Below are positions 25,646 through 39,100 of a stretch of DNA of 64,000 nucleotides, piece by piece. The notes below the pieces were generated by a model. That model searched no databases, was not told where the DNA came from, and saw nothing but the letters and a program-made list of their open reading frames with translations. The DNA is from Macrostomum lignano (Eukaryota). Location: NCBI GenBank assembly GCA_002269645.1, contig NIVC01000469.1:310001-374000 (forward strand). The letters run 5' to 3'. Position 1 is the stretch's first letter, and each line of letters opens with the position of its first letter. Made by a program: the position numbers and the translations under genes.

Positions 25646-26373
25646 ATGCTTCGTTTTGCACTGCTTGTCGTCCTGCCAATTGTCTCTCTGTGCATCACTG
25701 CATCCACGGTAAGAGAATGTTACTAATGCAGTGCTTTGGCGATGAGGCTGGTGTAGAAGCCGCTTTAACATTCCAATTGTTTCAGTCCAGTCGAGAGGAG
25801 ATGTTAAAGATGCTGGAGGAGCACGTGAGGCCCTGCATCGTGGACAACACGAACTGTCCGCCTGAGAACGACGATTGGAAATTCGAGAATTTCGCTCCAA
25901 TGGTCCGCCAGATGCGAGCTCACAGGCCGCCTCCTGAGTGCGACTGCGACGTCAGCAGTGAGTCGTGCATCCGTCCGTGTTACTATGCCATCATGCTGAA
26001 TACCTACAGGAAGAGCGTGCTCAACGGCTTGACCGATCCTGTTGAGATCGAAGTGAGTTACTCATTCTTGCTGGCAGTCCTCAAGTTTCCCTAAGAGTAA
26101 GTGCAGCTGAACGCACGTTTGTAGAACGCCGAGAGGCAGATGATGCAGCTGTTCGAGACTTACTACAAGCCGTGCATTCTGGAGAACAAGAACTGCGAGC
26201 TGGCTGGCGGCATCAACTATGAGCAAATTCGCAACCAGGTGCTGCAGATGGTCAAGGCCTACTCATTGCCCGACGAGTGCAACTTTGAGGTCGAGTCGGA
26301 GACCGCCATCCGCGTCTGCTACTACGCTTTCTTGAAGCGGTCTGCTCTAGCCGCCTTTCCTGAGAAGAAGTGA
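25646..26373 (+). CDS. Unrecognised secreted two-domain Cys-rich protein, copy C (192 aa); exons 25646-25708, 25786-26052, 26125-26373
   Basis: Inverted near-identical copy of B; phase-0 GT-AG introns; intact ORF. Confidence 0.9.
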
Positions 26374-26599
26374 GCACCCGGCACTCACAATGAATCGGAA
26401 TATTGACTTGACGTGATGCACAGATCGGTGTATCAGATCTATATGAGAACAATGGAAATAAACGAAGCTCGATATCCGATGAAGTTACGCTAGTTTGGTA
26501 CTGGGTACAAAGTTGCAAAATCGGTCTTTAAATCTTTGTCTTTGATATTGGCAACAAAATGTCAATACCAATATTCTCGGAGTTAACTTTAACGATAGA

Positions 26600-26808
26600 G
26601 CTGAGTATAGAGTACATGAAGTTTCAGATGCTCCGAGTTTAACTTTTGTAGGCTTGGGTTCAAGCACCAGGTTTCTTTCAGGACAAATTTACATGTCGAA
26701 CCTCTATGTTTGTACTCAGAGTGCACACTTGCCCTTGAGTACAGGCTCGGTGGCATTCTGAAGTCAGTGGAAATTAAACGCAAGAGGCTGAAAAAACCAT
26801 TCATCTAA
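26600..26808 (+). pseudogene. Degenerate remnant of a further CUB-family copy (3' part)
   Basis: TACAGGCTCGGTGGCATTCTGAAG (YRLGGILK) matches TACAGGCTGGGTGGCATGCTGGAAG of copy 1; upstream ATAGAGTACATGAAGTTTCAG resembles CTGGAGTACATCAACTTGCAG. Confidence 0.45.
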
Positions 26809-27399
26809 TTATTGCTTAATTATGTCAAGAAACTAGCAAACTAACATTTTGAAACGTCTCCCTACTGCATGTATCTATCTATTGCAATATCTGTATTTAA
26901 GTTTATAATCAAATCTGTTCGTCTGTAAGCCATTGCTATTTTAGGAAAGCACGTCAGTACTTTCAGCAGTACTGAAGCACGCAAGCCACAAGTCGATGTG
27001 TAGCCTCTTTTGGTATCCACGGCAGCGACCGTTAGCTATTGAACTGCTTAAATGACGACAGCCCTAAGTAGACACAAAAAAGTCAGTATAAGCAGTTGTT
27101 TTTTCGCTAACCCTGCGCTGAAAATCTGCATCAGTGAAACTCGACACCGAAAAAAATGTTCTGTGTTCAGCACTGAGAGCTTTGAACGGGTCTGTTTTGC
27201 TGGCTCAGCTTCTGTGCCTCACCTGCAGGAATTATAATTTTAGTTGGGACTGCTCACGTGGGTCTTACATTGATATGAGGTATCGCTGTGCCAGCTGAGA
27301 AAGAGAGGGGCGAGAGGATGAAGAAGAGAAAAGTGATGTTAGATTGGGGAGAGTAGAGAGAAAGAAGAGAGGGGAGAAGAGGGGAGAAAGGGGAGGGAT

Positions 27400-27781
<382 letters not shown>

Positions 27782-28505
27782 ATGCATTTTGCTGTAAACA
27801 ACTGCAAAGAGGGGCAGCGTCCAGACAGTCATGAATAGCAAAGAGGTGGTGGCAAAATATACCAGAAATATTCTCCAGGTCAGAAAGTGATAAAGATTGA
27901 TGGGCCTCTGACCCAGTCAGAACTAATTGGTTTCTATTAAGATACAGCTTTGAACAATACAATGATGTGCGTTCTTTTGCTATCGAGGTGGCCTGAGGTT
28001 GTCAGCTAAAGTAATCATCCCTTCAGGTGTTCACGACGAGGCTTATATCCTTCTTCAGACGGCTGTGGATGGTCAACTTCAACAACAGTCCTGGTGGGAT
28101 ACAAGGAGCTGGTAGCATTAAAGTGATTTAATTGCTTCAAACAGACAACTGGATGAAACTGCTGATTTTATCGCTGGTATGGTTCAAGTCGAAGGTCAGA
28201 TCTTTTTTAAAACTGTTCAGGTGAGCTAACAAACTCGAAAAATCAGAAATCAAAATTGTCAATGAGAAGTTAACAGCTGCAGACTAAATGGCTTGTACGG
28301 GCAGGGGTATCTTTTCAAGATTGGATCCACTACCTCACAGGCAAGAATATCCCTGACTGTTCTGTTAAACGTGCAGCTGTGTTTACTCAACTGAAAGCTC
28401 GTTGATTACTCTGCAACTCTATAAAGTCCAGATTCAATTCCAAAGAGAGCTGACTGAGCTAAAGTCAATTTTTTGCGCATAGTTTTGACTCAAATTTGCG
28501 TTGGA

Positions 28506-29113
28506 ATGAAATCTTTGGGTCTTCTTCCGTTGTTTCTGGTCTGCCTGATCGGTGCGTCAGTTGGTAAGTGAAGATAGCTGCTGGATGAATTACTCTGCAG
28601 CTTAACGTCTGCAAGCGAAAGTCCACTCGCCCCCGCCTTTCAGACGCCTGCCCGACGCTGTACCTGCAGACTCTTCGCGGTTACGAAGGCGTTCTGTCAT
28701 CCAACTACGGCTTTCCGCAGAGGTGCAACGACCAATACGCGCACAACCTGAATTGCAGGTACGAGCTGGTCTCCGGGCGCAACAATCCCGGCCGAGGAGT
28801 GTACATCAGCTTCGCCTACTTCAATACCGAGCTCAGCTACGACAAGGTGTTTATTGAGTACACCAACACGCAGGGTCGCAACGTGACCGGCTACTTTTCT
28901 GGCAGCGTGGGCGGATTCAGCCGCGTGTTGGACTCTCAGAGGGGAACCCCAGTTCGACTGATTTTCATCACCGACCACTCCGTCAGTGCCTACGGCTTCC
29001 TGGTGAGGTTTAAGGTTGCCCCGGCAATGCGATTCAGACTTGGCGGCACGTTTGAAGTTGACCAAAACGGACTCGAGGGCACTATTCGCGTTGACAGGGC
29101 TAAACGGAAGTGA
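28506..29113 (+). CDS. Single-CUB-domain secreted protein, copy 2, intact; exons 28506-28563 and 28644-29113
   Basis: Signal MKSLGLLPLFLVCLIGASV; phase-1 GT-AG intron; DACPT...GVLSSNYGFP...YAHNLNCRYEL...VYISFAYFNTELSYDKVFI...VRLIFITDHSVSAYGFLVRF matches the CUB consensus. Confidence 0.9.
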
Positions 29114-29270
29114 CAGGATGAGAGACATGTGGCAGATGCGCAGAGTTGTAACAACTGATTCAAATAAAAATATAAACATGTACGAGCCGTGGATGTATCT
29201 TTTCACAAATGGCCCACTCGCAATGCAATTATTTAAAGCTTTTATTCGCCTTATTTATTTTTTTGACGAA

Positions 29271-29448
29271 GTTCTAGATCAATAGAATCTGGATAGGAAA
29301 CCTCTTGCCGCAGCAATGGAGTTCTAGATCAATAGAATCTGGATAGGAAACCTCTTGCCGCAGCAATGGAGTTCTAGATCAATAGAATCTGGATAGGAAA
29401 CCTCTTGCCGCAGCAATGGAGTTCTAGATCAATAGAATCTGGGGAGGA
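29271..29448. repeat. 50-bp tandem repeat, about 3.5 copies
   Basis: GTTCTAGATCAATAGAATCTGG recurs every 50 bp. Confidence 0.95.
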
Positions 29449-30330
29449 AACTCAATACTCATTCGGATGTTAATGATTTACCATAGTGAATTCTGATAAT
29501 TTTTTACATTCTAAGAGTTGCGAAACTTATGGTTCGTAATTTTGATACTATCTGAATGTTGGCATGTTGGAATGCATACTGTACATCATCAGTAAGGATG
29601 TAAGAGAATTTTCATCGCTTTGGTTATTGAGACTTGTTCATTTTAAAACTTCTAATGAAAGATATGTTACCCTCCAAAACGTTACGAGCTCATGGACAAC
29701 TAGAGTAGAAGGATGCTACACTCGCGAATCGTGTAAAATTGGCTGGAGGCCAAAATTCAAAAGTCAGTATCTCTTGATTGGCTGCATAAAAACTAAAAAT
29801 TCTAGAAATTTGTTGTCTCGAGTAAAACGATTAATGCTTATCTTTGCTATTAATCGGCACTGAACATGTATAGAAAACTATAATCAGTCAGAAAATAACG
29901 CAGTCGGAAGTCAAAACAGACCCATTCGGCCACACAAGCCACAGCTCCCTTCTAGTAGATTCTTTTATCTTGTGCCATCAGTAAAATATCTGATGCATAA
30001 TCAGCTTATAAAAGCCGTATGAAAACAAGTGCGAATATGTATATTATATAGGCTTTAATATAATTATAAAGCAATAAGGCAATAAAGATGATCTCGTGTA
30101 AAGTTTTATAAAGCTATCGATCAAAAGACGAGAATTTTTGGCAATGTAAGGGCTGTTTTGGCCAATAGTGGCACAAAAGGACCAGTAAAGAAAAACTGTA
30201 GGTGGCACTTAATGGGAACAGGTGGGACACTTTCTTTTGCGATGCTAGGAAACTTTTGTGACACAGTGGGGATAATTGTAGATACTGAGGGGGGGCTCCA
30301 GATAGCTACTATATCACGTAGGGACGGTAG

Positions 30331-31029
<699 letters not shown>

Positions 31030-31510
31030 AAGACTGAGGGAGGCATTATTCATTGCTGAGCGTATGAGCATATTAAATCTGGTGCATTCTAGTAAATTCT
31101 TCACACTGCACCAACCACTTTGATGTCCATGCAGGTTCACCACTAGCCAACTTGTCAGATAGTAGTACTTTCCAGTCACCAATCCTATCCATGTCATTGA
31201 ATTACTCAAATTTAGCTGCCTCTTTCGCATGAAAAATAATATATTCTTCTATCTCGCTAGTGTATTTACGTGAAAATTTGGCCTCCAGCCCGATTTCCAC
31301 GAAAGCCGAGTGTAGCGTCCTTCTACTCTAGTTGTCCATGTACGAGCTACTAGCGTAATAATGCTTCGAAAATTTAAACGTGACTTCCAAAATCGGGTTT
31401 TTGGAAAGCTCAGTTTTGGAAAACAATGAGTACGAGCGTAACATTTCGGATAAAGTTTCTGATTTACTATAGTTTTAGGAGCAACAAAACATTATGCAAC
31501 TTTTTAGACT

Positions 31511-32160
31511 ATTTACAGAATCTGACACTCATTCAGACATCCTGACACGCATTTACAGAATCTGACACTCATTCAGACATCCTGACACGCATTTACAGAA
31601 TCTGACACTCATTCAGACATCCTGACACGTATTTACAGAATCTGACACTCATTCAGACATCCTGACACGTATTTACAGAATCTGACACTCATTCAGACAT
31701 CCTGACACGCATTTACAGAATCTGACACTCATTCAGACATCCTGACACGCATTTACAGAATCTGACACTCATTCAGACATCCTGACACGCATTTACAGAA
31801 TCTGACACTCATTCAGACATCCTGACACGCATTTACAAAATCTGACACTCATTCAGACATCCTGACACGTATTTACAGAATCTGACACTTATTCAGACAT
31901 CTTGACACGCATTTACAGAATCTGACACTCATTCAGACATCCTGACACGCATTTACAGAATCTGACACTCATTCAGACATCCTGACACGCATTTACAGAA
32001 TCTGACACTCATTCAGACATCCTGACACGCATTTACAGAATCTGACACTCATTCAGACATCCTGACACGTATTTACAGAATCTGACACTTATTCAGACAT
32101 CTTGACACGCATTTACAGAATCTGACACTCATTCAGACATCCTGACACGAGCTTACAGAC
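31511..32160. repeat. 40-bp minisatellite (ATTTACAGAATCTGACACTCATTCAGACATCCTGACACGY)n, about 16 copies
   Basis: Direct reading; highly homogeneous. Confidence 0.97.
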
Positions 32161-32596
32161 TGTGACAGGGATTTTAGTGCCTTGGAATCTTTTAACTGAT
32201 TTTTTCAGCCATTATCGCCTAAAAAGGAATGCGAATTTCAAAAGCCACCGACAGCCCATGCAGTTGTAACCTACTCAAACAGAGTAGTGCCTTGGTGAAC
32301 CCAAAATGCCACTGGTTAAACAGAATGATTGATTCAGCAAATAAGTAAATTTGTTGTTGGGCCATAATTTAATTAAATCCGTGCAAGTCGCTCTAATAGC
32401 TTGCTCAATTAAGCTTGATTTTTGTGAATAATGCTAGCAACAGAAGCAGGTGAGTCTACAAGGTGCTAATTGATTACCAATGCAGCAGCTAAAATCTTCA
32501 GGTCTATAAAAATCGGCGGGTTTGCAGTCGCGAAAAATTCTTCAATAAAGTTGAACGGCGATTTATCGACAACAATTGCTGCGCCTATTGAAGAAA

Positions 32597-33945
32597 ATGA
32601 AGCTGCTGGGACTTCTGATTGCGACTATCGCGGTGTCTGTCGGTAAGTTTTCTTGTCTAGTAGGTTTGACAGGTGCCGCTCCCAGTGTCTAACAGGTATC
32701 TCTCCCAGTGTCTAACAGGTATCGCTCCCAGTGTCTAACAGGTATCGCTCCCAGTGTCTAACAGGTATCGCTCCCAGTGTCTAACAGGTATCGCTCCCAG
32801 TGTCTAACAGGTATCGCTCCCAGTGTCTAACAGTCGCTCCAGTGTCTAACAGTCGCTCCCAGTGTCTAACAGGTATCTCTCAGTGTCTAACAGGTATCGC
32901 TCCCATTGTCTAACACTGTCGCTCCCAGTGTCTAACACTGTCGCTCCCAGTGTCTAACAGGTATCTCTCAGTGTATAACAGGTATCGCTCCCAGTGTCTA
33001 ACAGGCATCTCTCCCAGTTGACTAACAGGTATCGCTCTCAGTGTCTAACAGGTATCGCTCCCAGTGTCTAACAGGTATCGCTCCCAGTGTCCAACAGGTA
33101 TCGCTTCAGTTCTAACAGGTATCGCTCCCAGTGTCTAACAGGTATCGCTCCCAGTGTCTAACAGGTATCGCTCTCAGTGTCTAACAGGCATCTCTCCCAG
33201 TGTCTAACAGGTATCGCTCCCAGTGTCTAACAGGTATCGCTCTCAGTGTCTAACAGGTATCGCTCCCAGTGTCTAACAGGTATCGCTCCCAGTGTCTAAC
33301 AGGTATCGCTCCCAGTGTCTAACAGGTATCGCTCCCAGTGTCCAACAGGTATCGCTCCCAGTGTCTAACAGGTATCGCTCCCAGTGTCCAACAGGTATCG
33401 CTTCCAGTGTCTAACAGGTATCGCTCCCAGTGTCTAACAGGCATCGCTCCCCTAAAAATGCACCTTCAGACGCCTGCCCAACTCTGTTCCTCACGCCGGA
33501 CCGGCAGAGCGGTGTCCTGTCCTCCAACTACGGCTATCCCCGCAGCTGCTCCAGAAACTACGTCAACAGGCTGGACTGCACCTACGAGCTGATCTCCGGT
33601 CGCAACAACTATGGCAACGGAGTCAATATCAGCTTCGCCTACTTTAGCGTCGAGACCCGGTACGATCGAGTTTACATCGAGTACACCAATTCTCGCGGCC
33701 AGCGGGTCACCGGCTACTTCACTGGCAGCCTGGCCGGCTTCAGCAGGCAGCTGCCGGCCATGCGCGGCACCCCCGTGACACTCCGTTGGGTCACCGACCG
33801 CTCGGTCACCAGCGTCGGCTTCCTGCTGCGATTCAACAGCCGCAACAGGTCACCGGAGCGCCGCTTCCGCCTGGGCGGCACCGTGAACATCGTCGGCAAC
33901 GAGGCCCGCGGCTCCTTCCGTATTGATCCATTCAAGAAGAAGTGA
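32597..33945 (+). CDS. Single-CUB-domain secreted protein, copy 3, intact; exons 32597-32642 and 33470-33945
   Basis: Signal MKLLGLLIATIAVSV; phase-1 GT-AG intron; DACPTLF...GVLSSNYGYP...LDCTYEL...ISFAYFSVETRYDRVYI...LRWVTDRSVTSVGFLLRF; C-terminal RFRLGG...FKKK. Confidence 0.9.
32675..33450. repeat. 23-bp minisatellite (CCCAGTGTCTAACAGGTATCGCT)n filling CUB copy 3 intron 1
   Basis: Period read directly (32704, 32727). Confidence 0.96.
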
Positions 33946-34980
33946 ACTAGAAATAATTTTTGACTATGGCAGATTGCGCACAAAGATGAAATACTTTAGT
34001 TAATGCTGATTTACAGTACAGTTTCTGTTCCAACACTGGCCCGCAAGCTTTTTAAAAAAAATCTGACTTTTTGTTCTGTTATTTGCAGCATTCAGTTGAA
34101 CTGGGAAAGAAGTTTTGGATTCTTCCTGGGTGGGTGGTGAGGATGAAGCGAACAACTCAGAGAGTAGACTGGGAGGTAAAACGGAGCAGAGACGGAGCAA
34201 GTGCGAGCTCCGTCTTAAGCTTCACGTCATTCGTCACGCCGTTTGGCTCTGGAATGAGCTCGCGCATTGAACTGGAGCGATAGAACGGCCCATGGCAACA
34301 GCTTGAGGCGAAATAGTTAAGTAAAATATCGTGGGAAATAGCTGACGTTGACTCGCTGTAAACTCAACGTGCCGCCGCCGCCGAGCCGTCTGTTCATAAA
34401 GAATCCATGGCCCGTGTTGGTTTTGGCGCTTTGGCGTTCGACATATCGGACAGAGCAGCGGAGACAGGCTGCAGTTTATTGCTGAGAACAAATTTAGACC
34501 CAGCCAAGGAGAGCTAGAAGAGCTGACGGCACATTTTTTGATCCAGGTGTTCGATTCGGTTAAACCAATAATTATCAACACAGAAATAGACCGCATGGAA
34601 CTCAAAAAGCTATACGATGCTGAAGAAGACTTTTTTTAACTCAATGTCACCTTAAACTTGAAAATCGGTCTGGCAATAATAAATCTCTTCCGGCATCAAA
34701 TCGTTTTGATGTCCAGCTCGAAAACGTAAACACACGAACTCATAGCTCATGGTCAGAGAATGTTCGCCAAAATCGTTTTAACCGTGCCGAAGTTGCATTA
34801 AATTCAGTGAAATACGACGCAGAAACTTTGTCTATTGGTTGTGTGTAAAAGGAAGCACTTCAGTCTCCGGCTCTGTGTCTCCATGGAGCAATTGACTGAC
34901 TTGGAAGTTCTCTGTCAACTGGATGAAGCATCAAATCGTTCAAATTTTATTAAGATTTATTAATTAGCTATTACGTACGG

Positions 34981-35427
34981 CTGGGTTCGACAAACTCCAG
35001 GGCCCTCGGGTCCTTTTGAAAATTCACAATGGCAATCCCGCCCGCTCAAGGTTGTGTCTCATCTCAGCTCTTTTCTCTCTTCTCTAATCTCCTCTTTTTT
35101 CTCTCGCCTCCCTCTTTTCTCTCCTCTCCTCTCCTCTTTTTTCTCTCTTCACCCCCTCTCTCTCCACTCCTCTCCTATCTTCTTTCCTCTTCCCCCTCTC
35201 CTTCTCTTCTCTCCATTCTCCTATCCCTCCTCTCCTCTCTCCTCTCCTAGTTCATCTCTTCTCTCCTCTAGTCTCCTCACTTTTCGCTTCGCCTCACCTC
35301 TCCCCCTCGCCTCTCTTTTCTTTTATCTCTCGACTCTCTTCTCTCTCCTCCCTCCCATCCTCTGGCTCCCAGTGATGCGCTAGGTTGTCTATCTGGGCCT
35401 TGAGATAAAATAGTTTGCCGAACCCTG
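34981..35427 (+). mobile_element. hAT-like non-autonomous element with a CT-rich core
   Basis: Imperfect TIRs CTGGGTTCGACAAACT and AGTTTGCCGAACCCTG; homologous ends at 55181 (minus) and 63635; no TSD match seen. Confidence 0.6.
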
Positions 35428-36170
35428 AAAAATTCGGAAACGCTGCATCATTTCAAGGGTCCTTAGTCGGATTATGTCGTAGCGAGGTAAACGGTTTTTA
35501 AAGATTAACACTTTATTGCTCGTGGAGTTTTCTCTTTGTCATTTTATTGATATTTGACTCCTAGAGCTGTAGAAGAAGCTCTGTTTCCTATCCAGATTTC
35601 TAGCTTGAAGTGTCCCTGGCTGGTCGGGAGGGAGCGGAGCGGGTCTCGTCTCTGGCGCGCTCTGCACCTGCTCCTCCGCGGGACGCGCTCTCTCCACTGG
35701 CCGGGGTAGGGGCCGCTGAACAGCGTGTTGTGCTCATTCATTCTTCAACAAGTTGAGAACGGATCCGCAGCGCTGTTGCTTCTAGCTTTGCAGCTCGACT
35801 TTCTTATTGAAGACTTTTTTTGCTTTCTTGCATAGCTTGCCGCTCGTCTCGATGTAGTCCAAGTGAGCGCTAAGTGGAGGCGGCGGCAGGGGGAGGGGGC
35901 TGCAACTGCTGGCGGTCTGCCTGCTGACGTCTCCTTAAGCGACGTGGTCCAATCGACCCGATTCCTGAGCTACTGGCCCCGCTACTGCTCCCCACCTCTC
36001 CGCCTCCCACTGCTTGACTCAGGCGGCTGGGTGGTTGGTCAGCATTTGCTTTATAAGAGCCTCAACTGGATGAGCGTCTTACATTTCTTCACTTACACCC
36101 AAACCAACAACCGTTCCACACTGGTTTCCTTCTCTCATTTGAGTTTGTCAAAGTCAAATCCCGTCAGGCA

Positions 36171-39100
36171 ATGTTCAGCAAGGCGTCCGCCACGCTTCTC
36201 CTGATGCTGCTGGGAGTGTCGGCACTGCTGCTGGCCGGAGCCGAGGGCGGCAAGGACCGGCACAAGGATCCGCGAGTCTTCGACGCCAAGCCGTCGGATG
36301 CTGAGCACGAGGACGACGATGACGATGAGACCGAGAGCGGCGGCGACGACCATCACGACGATGACAAGCACGGAGAAGAGGGAGACGATGACGATCATCA
36401 CGATTCGAAATATGACCACGAGTCCTTCTTGGGTGAGAATATCTGCTTCGCGATAGAATGCGTGTGTATGGCTGTTTTATGAAATATTGCTCATACTCAA
36501 GGTCATATTCATGCTCATACTCATGGTCACATTCATGCTCATACTCAAGGTCATATTCATGCTCATATTCAAGGTCATATTCATGCTCATACTCATGGTC
36601 ATATTCATGCTCATACTCAAGGTCATATTCATGCTCATATTCAAGGTCATATTCATGCTCATACTCAAGGTCATATTCATGCTCATACTCATGGTCATAT
36701 TCATGCTCATACTCAAGGTCATATTCATGCTCATTTTCAAGGTCATATTCATGCTCATACTCATGGTCATATTCATGCTCATACTCATGGTCATATTCAT
36801 GCTCATACTCATGGTCATATTCATGCTCATACTCATGGTCATATTCATGCTCATACTCATGGTCATATTCATGCTCATACTCAAGGTCATATTCATGCTC
36901 ATACTCATGGTCATATTCATGCTCATACTTATGGTCATATTCATGCTCATACTCAAGGTCATATTCATGCTCATACTCAAGGTCATATTCATGCTCATAC
37001 TCAAGGTCATATTCATGCTCATACTCAAGGTCATATTCATGCTCATACTCATGGTCATATTCATGCTCATACTCAAGGTCATATTCATGCTCATACTCAA
37101 GGTCATATTCATGCTCATACTCATGGTCATATTCATGCTCATACTCATGGTCATATTCATGCTCATACTCATGGTCATATTCATGCTCATACTCATGGTC
37201 ATATTCATGCTCATACTCATGGTCATATTCATGCTCATACTCATGGTCATATTCATGCTCATACTCATGGTCATATTCATGCTCATACTCATGGTCATAT
37301 TCATGCTCATACTCATGGTCATATTCATGCTCATACTCATGGTCATATTCATGCTCATACTCATGGTCATATTCATGCTCATACTCATGGTCATATTCAT
37401 GTTCATATTCAAGGTCATATTCATGCTCATACTCATGGTCATATTCATGCTCATACTCATGGTCATATTCATGCTCATACTCATGGTCATATTCATGCTC
37501 ATACTTCATGGTCATATTCATGCTCATACTCATGGTCATATTCATGCTCATACTCAAGGTCATATTCATGCTCATACTCATGGTCATATTCATGCTCATA
37601 CTCATGGTCATATTCATGCTCATACTCATGGTCATATTCATGCTCATACTCATGGTCATATTCATGCTCATACTCATGGTCATATTCATGCTCATACTCA
37701 TGGTCATATTCATGCTCATACTCATGGTCATATTCATGCTCATACTCATGGTCATATTCATGCTCATACTCATGGTCATATTCATGCTCATACTCATGGT
37801 CATATTCATGCTCATACTCATGGTCATATTCATGCTCATACTCATGGTCATATTCATGCTCATACTCATGGTCATATTCATGCTCATACTCATGGTCATA
37901 TTCATGCTCATACTCATGGTCATATTCATGCTCATACTCATGGTCATATTCATGCTCATACTCATGGTCATATTCATGCTCATACTCAAGGTCATATTCA
38001 TGCTCATACTCATGGTCATATTCATGCTCATACTCATGGTTATATTCATGCTCATATTCAAGGTCATATTCATGCTCATACTCATGGTCATATTCATGCT
38101 CATACTCAAGGTCATATTCATGCTCATACTCATGGTCATATTCATGCTCATACTCATGGTCATATTCATGCTCATACTCATGGTCATATTCATGCTCATA
38201 CTCATGGTCATATTCATGCTCATAATCAAGGTCATATTCATGCTCATTTTCAAGGTCATATTCATGCTCATACTCATGGTCATATTCATGCTCATACTCA
38301 AGGTCATATTCATGCTCATACTCATGGTCATATTCATGCTCATACTTATGGTCATATTCATGCTCATACTCAAGGTCATATTCATGCTCATACTCAAGGT
38401 CATATTCATGCTCATACTCAAGGTCATATTCATGCTCATACTCAAGGTCATATTCATGCTCATACTCATGGTCATATTCATGCTCATACTCATGGTCATA
38501 TTCATGCTCATACTCATGGTCATATTCATGCTCATACTCATGGTCATATTCATGCTCATACTCATGGTCATATTCATGCTCATACTCATGGTCATATTCA
38601 TGCTCATACTCATGGTCATATTCATGCTCATACTCATGGTCATATTCATGCTCATACTCATGGTCATATTCATGCTCATACTCATGGTCATATTCATGCT
38701 CATACTCATGGTCATATTCATGCTCATACTCATGGTCATATTCATGCTCATACTCATGGTCATATTCATGCTCATACTCATGGTCATATTCATGCTCATA
38801 CTCATGGTCATATTCATGCTCATACTCATGGTCATATTCATGCTCATACTCATGGTCATATTCATGCTCATACTCATGGTCATATTCATGCTCATACTCA
38901 TGGTCATATTCATGCTCATACTCATGGTCATATTCATGCTCATACTCATGGTCATATTCATGCTCATATTCAATGTCATATTCATGCTCATACTCATGGT
39001 CATATTCATGCTCATACTCATGGTCATATTCATGCTCATACTCATGGTCATATTCATGCTCATACTCATGGTCATATTCATGCTCATACTCATGGTCATA

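Noticed and set aside
34330-34337. Perfect CSL/Su(H) site CGTGGGAA
   Set aside because: A single 8-mer 17 kb from Hey with calumenin in between; expected by chance in 64 kb.
35580-36010. GC-rich coding-like minus-strand tract upstream of calumenin, sharing a 16-mer (AATCTGGATAGGAAAC) with the 50-bp repeat at 29271
   Set aside because: The frames I translated contain stops, and I found no clear splice structure or family motif; it may be promoter or 5' UTR sequence, so it is unsupported as a gene.
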